A DNA stretch of 40,470 nucleotides from Escherichia phage GA2A, in sequence record NC_031943.1. The stretch is one strand, 5' to 3'. Numbering within the stretch: the first letter of the stretch is position 1; each line of letters begins with the position of its first letter. Below the pieces are notes generated by a model. It worked only from the letters and a program-made list of their open reading frames with translations, did no database searches and was not told the DNA's origin. The position numbers and the translations under genes were made by a program. Below are positions 37,787 through 40,470 of this stretch, one piece after another.

Positions 37787-39545
37787 ACAGACACCTCAGG
37801 AGAGACAGGAGGCGATGACCCAAAGGATGAGGGACGACTTCGTGTTCTTTATCTTCGTTCTCTGGAAAGCGCTGAGCCTTCCGGTGCCTACCCGCTGCCA
37901 GATAGATATGTGTAAGAAGCTGGCTGCTGGGGATAATCGACGCTTCATCCTTCAGGCATTCCGTGGTATTGGCAAGTCGTTTCTGACTTGTGGTTTCGTG
38001 GTCTGGAAGCTATGGAACAACCCAGACTTGAAGTTCATGATTGTGTCGGCCTCAAAGGAGCGAGCCGATGCGAACTCCATCTTCATCAAGCGAATCATAG
38101 ACCTAATGCCTCAGCTTCAGGAACTCAAACCTAAGCAGGGACAGCGAGATGCAGTTATCAGCTTCGACGTTGGACCAGCCAAGCCAGACCACTCACCTTC
38201 GGTTAAGTCAGTTGGTATCACTGGTCAGTTGACTGGTAGTCGTGCTGACGTCCTGATTGCCGATGACGTTGAGGTTCCGAACAACTCAGCGACTCAGGCT
38301 GCACGAGACCGTCTGTCAGAGCTTGTGAAAGAGTTCGACGCTATCCTGAAGCCGGGAGGTACAATCATCTATCTGGGTACTCCTCAGAACGAGATGACCT
38401 TGTATCGTGAGCTGGAAGGCCGTGGATACACTACTACTATCTGGCCAGCTCGTTATCCGCGCGACCGGAAGGACTGGCAGTCTTACGGCGACCGTCTGGC
38501 ACCGATGCTTCAGGCAGAGCTTGAAGGGGACCCTGAGGCCTTCTACTGGCGTCCGACCGATGAAGTTCGATTCGATGATACTGACCTGAAGGAACGTGAG
38601 CTGTCCTATGGTAAAGCTGGCTTCGCTCTACAGTTCATGCTTAACCCGAACCTGAGTGATGCCGAGAAGTACCCTCTGAAGCTCCGTGACCTTATCGTAG
38701 CAGACTTGGACCCAGAGTCCAGCCCAATGGTCTACCAATGGTTGCCTAACCCTCAGAACAAGCGTGAGGACGTTCCTAACGTTGGACTCATGGGTGACTC
38801 ATACCACACGTATCAGACTGTAGGTTCTGCCTTCAGCTCGTACACCCAGAAGATTCTGGTCATTGACCCTAGTGGTCGTGGTAAGGATGAAACTGGCTAT
38901 GCGGTGCTGTACCAGCTCAACGGATACATCTTCGCTATGGAAGTTGGTGGTATGCGTGGTGGCTATGAAGACTCTACGCTTGAAGCACTGGCTAAGATTG
39001 GTCGTAAGTGGAAGGTCAACGAATACGTCATTGAGGGTAACTTCGGTGATGGTATGTACCTTGAGCTATTCAAGCCTGTAGCGTCCCGTATCCATCCTGC
39101 TGCTGTAACTGAAGTGAAGAGTAAGGGCCAGAAAGAACTCCGCATCTGTGACGTTCTGGAGCCCATCATGGGGTCTCACCGACTTATCGTTAACGCTGCT
39201 GCTATCGTCCAAGACTACCAGTCGGCCTCTGATAAGGATGGTGTTCGTAACCCTATCTACTCTCTCTTCTACCAGATGACACGTATCTCTCGTGAACGTG
39301 GAGCCTTGGCACACGATGACCGACTTGATGCGCTGGCTATCGGTGTACAGTTCTTCGTTGAGTCTATGGCTAAGGATGCCAACAAGGGAGAACGTGAAGT
39401 CACTGAGGAGTGGCTGGAGGAACAGATGGAGAACCCACGGAAAGGCTTCGAGTCCATCCACACTGAGTTCTGGGACAATGGGGTCCGGGTGACTCACGAT
39501 ACGGACGACGAGCTGGGACTAGGGGCATACGTTACGTTCCACTAG
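37776..39545 (+). CDS. 19: Terminase large subunit
   Basis: 589 aa versus 586; long identity with T7 gp19 ([106 protein letters not shown]); GTG start after AAGGAGG. Confidence 0.96.
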   Translation: MANKQTPQERQEAMTQRMRDDFVFFIFVLWKALSLPVPTRCQIDMCKKLAAGDNRRFILQAFRGIGKSFLTCGFVVWKLWNNPDLKFMIVSASKERADANSIFIKRIIDLMPQLQELKPKQGQRDAVISFDVGPAKPDHSPSVKSVGITGQLTGSRADVLIADDVEVPNNSATQAARDRLSELVKEFDAILKPGGTIIYLGTPQNEMTLYRELEGRGYTTTIWPARYPRDRKDWQSYGDRLAPMLQAELEGDPEAFYWRPTDEVRFDDTDLKERELSYGKAGFALQFMLNPNLSDAEKYPLKLRDLIVADLDPESSPMVYQWLPNPQNKREDVPNVGLMGDSYHTYQTVGSAFSSYTQKILVIDPSGRGKDETGYAVLYQLNGYIFAMEVGGMRGGYEDSTLEALAKIGRKWKVNEYVIEGNFGDGMYLELFKPVASRIHPAAVTEVKSKGQKELRICDVLEPIMGSHRLIVNAAAIVQDYQSASDKDGVRNPIYSLFYQMTRISRERGALAHDDRLDALAIGVQFFVESMAKDANKGEREVTEEWLEEQMENPRKGFESIHTEFWDNGVRVTHDTDDELGLGAYVTFH

Positions 39546-39641
39546 CTGAATGAATAACTATAGGTGAAAGCTGCATGAATACGCGGTTAGTAACCTATAG
39601 TTACTACCAGTCTAACTTACTGTTTTACAAGGAGTTTGGAC

Positions 39642-39664
39642 TTAACTATCACTATAGGGAAGAC
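39642..39664 (+). promoter_or_regulatory. Phage promoter near the right end (phiOR position)
   Basis: TTAACTATCACTATAGGGA. Confidence 0.8.
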
Positions 39665-39842
39665 CCCCGGTTACTTATAGTATTACTGTAGTGAATATAC
39701 ATATGCAGACTTTATGCAAGACCTTAGGAGGCAGACTCCGAGTTCTTACCTAAGGCTTGCACCGATGGAAGGAGGGTGATATTAATCATAATCCCTCCAA
39801 TACGGATAGTCACCGACCATAGATACAGGAGGTATGTAGCAT

Positions 39843-40001
39843 ATGGCAAAGACCAAAGCTGTACTTAAAGCTCTGGCGACCAATCGAGCTACATACAGGT
39901 TTCTTGCTGCTGTTCTACTTGCTGCTGGCGTTACTGCTGGAAGTCAGTGGGTCGGGTGGGTCGAGACTCTCGTATGTACTCTGGTGTCTGAGTGTCCTTA
40001 A
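39843..40001 (+). CDS. gp19.5-like small protein, 52 aa
   Basis: RBS CAGGAGG; RATYRFLAAVLLAAG resembles T7 gp19.5 RVTYRFLVVLCAALG; below track cutoff. Confidence 0.5.
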   Translation: MAKTKAVLKALATNRATYRFLAAVLLAAGVTAGSQWVGWVETLVCTLVSECP

Positions 40002-40067
40002 CGCCATCATGGTAACAATCAACGAAAGGGGCTAAGGATGCAAGAAGAAAACTGGGGCTTTTAAGAC

Positions 40068-40112
40068 CTAAGGTCAGTACGTGGGATAAACCCTCCACTC
40101 TACTGACCTTAG
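40068..40112 (+). other. Perfect 12-bp inverted repeat with 21-nt loop
   Basis: CTAAGGTCAGTA (40068-40079) and TACTGACCTTAG (40101-40112); possible terminator or processing/packaging structure. Confidence 0.4.
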
Positions 40113-40192
40113 CTACTGTAGTCAAGGACTTTAGGTAACACCTTAAGAGAAGCTCACTTAGGGCATCCTACTTATTGGTCTATCCTAGTGTC

Positions 40193-40240
40193 GCCTGACC
40201 TACGGTCCTTGACCTACAGTGGCTGTGGCCTACAGTAGTG
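40193..40240. repeat. Right-end short repeats (GACCTACGG / GACCTACAGT / GGCCTACAGT)
   Basis: Related to the left-end CCTACAGTC tandem repeats; positioned just inside the right terminal repeat. Confidence 0.6.
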
Positions 40241-40273
40241 ACGATGAGTTTTGGACCAAAAGTTTGAGACCAC

Positions 40274-40470
40274 ATCTCACAGTTCAAGAACCTCAAGTCT
40301 CCCCATAGGCCCTCTTTCAGTCCAGACCAAAGGCCCTACCCCAGTCTATCATAAGGTTAGACCGATGGTCAAGACTTCAGGTCAACGATAGGTTGTGGCT
40401 ATTGGTGGTGGTGGAGACGATAGGTTGGGACTATTGGTGGTGGTGGAGACGATAGGTTGGGACTATTGGT
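40274..40470. repeat. Right direct terminal repeat plus one extra partial tandem unit
   Basis: 40274-40438 identical to 1-165; 40439-40470 repeats the preceding unit GGTGGTGGAGACGATAGGTTGGGACTATTGGT. Confidence 0.85.

Overview
This window is an essentially complete ~40.3 kb genome of a T7-like podovirus (Autographiviridae, T7 supergroup). All supported genes are on the + strand and colinear with T7: early region, phage RNA polymerase, DNA metabolism genes, structural genes, then holin, terminase and spanins. Both ends carry a direct terminal repeat (1-165 = 40274-40438). I count 11 phage-type promoters with consensus TAAACTATCACTATAGGRA, an early terminator after ligase, a Tphi-like terminator after the capsid gene, and three copies of a conserved hairpin element that are probably RNase III sites. 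The unusual content is: an orphan C5-cytosine DNA methyltransferase in an AT-rich island between the primase-helicase and DNA polymerase genes; two paralogous HNH endonuclease genes, one inserted between genes 15 and 16; a tail fiber with a depolymerase-like C-terminal domain; a gp16 with a non-T7 N-terminal domain; a short kinase-like early protein; and several small early ORFs. No tRNA, CRISPR array, integrase or repressor was seen. Every identification rests on reading the ORF translations against recalled T7 protein sequences and motifs; no database search or computation was run, so product names for small proteins are tentative.
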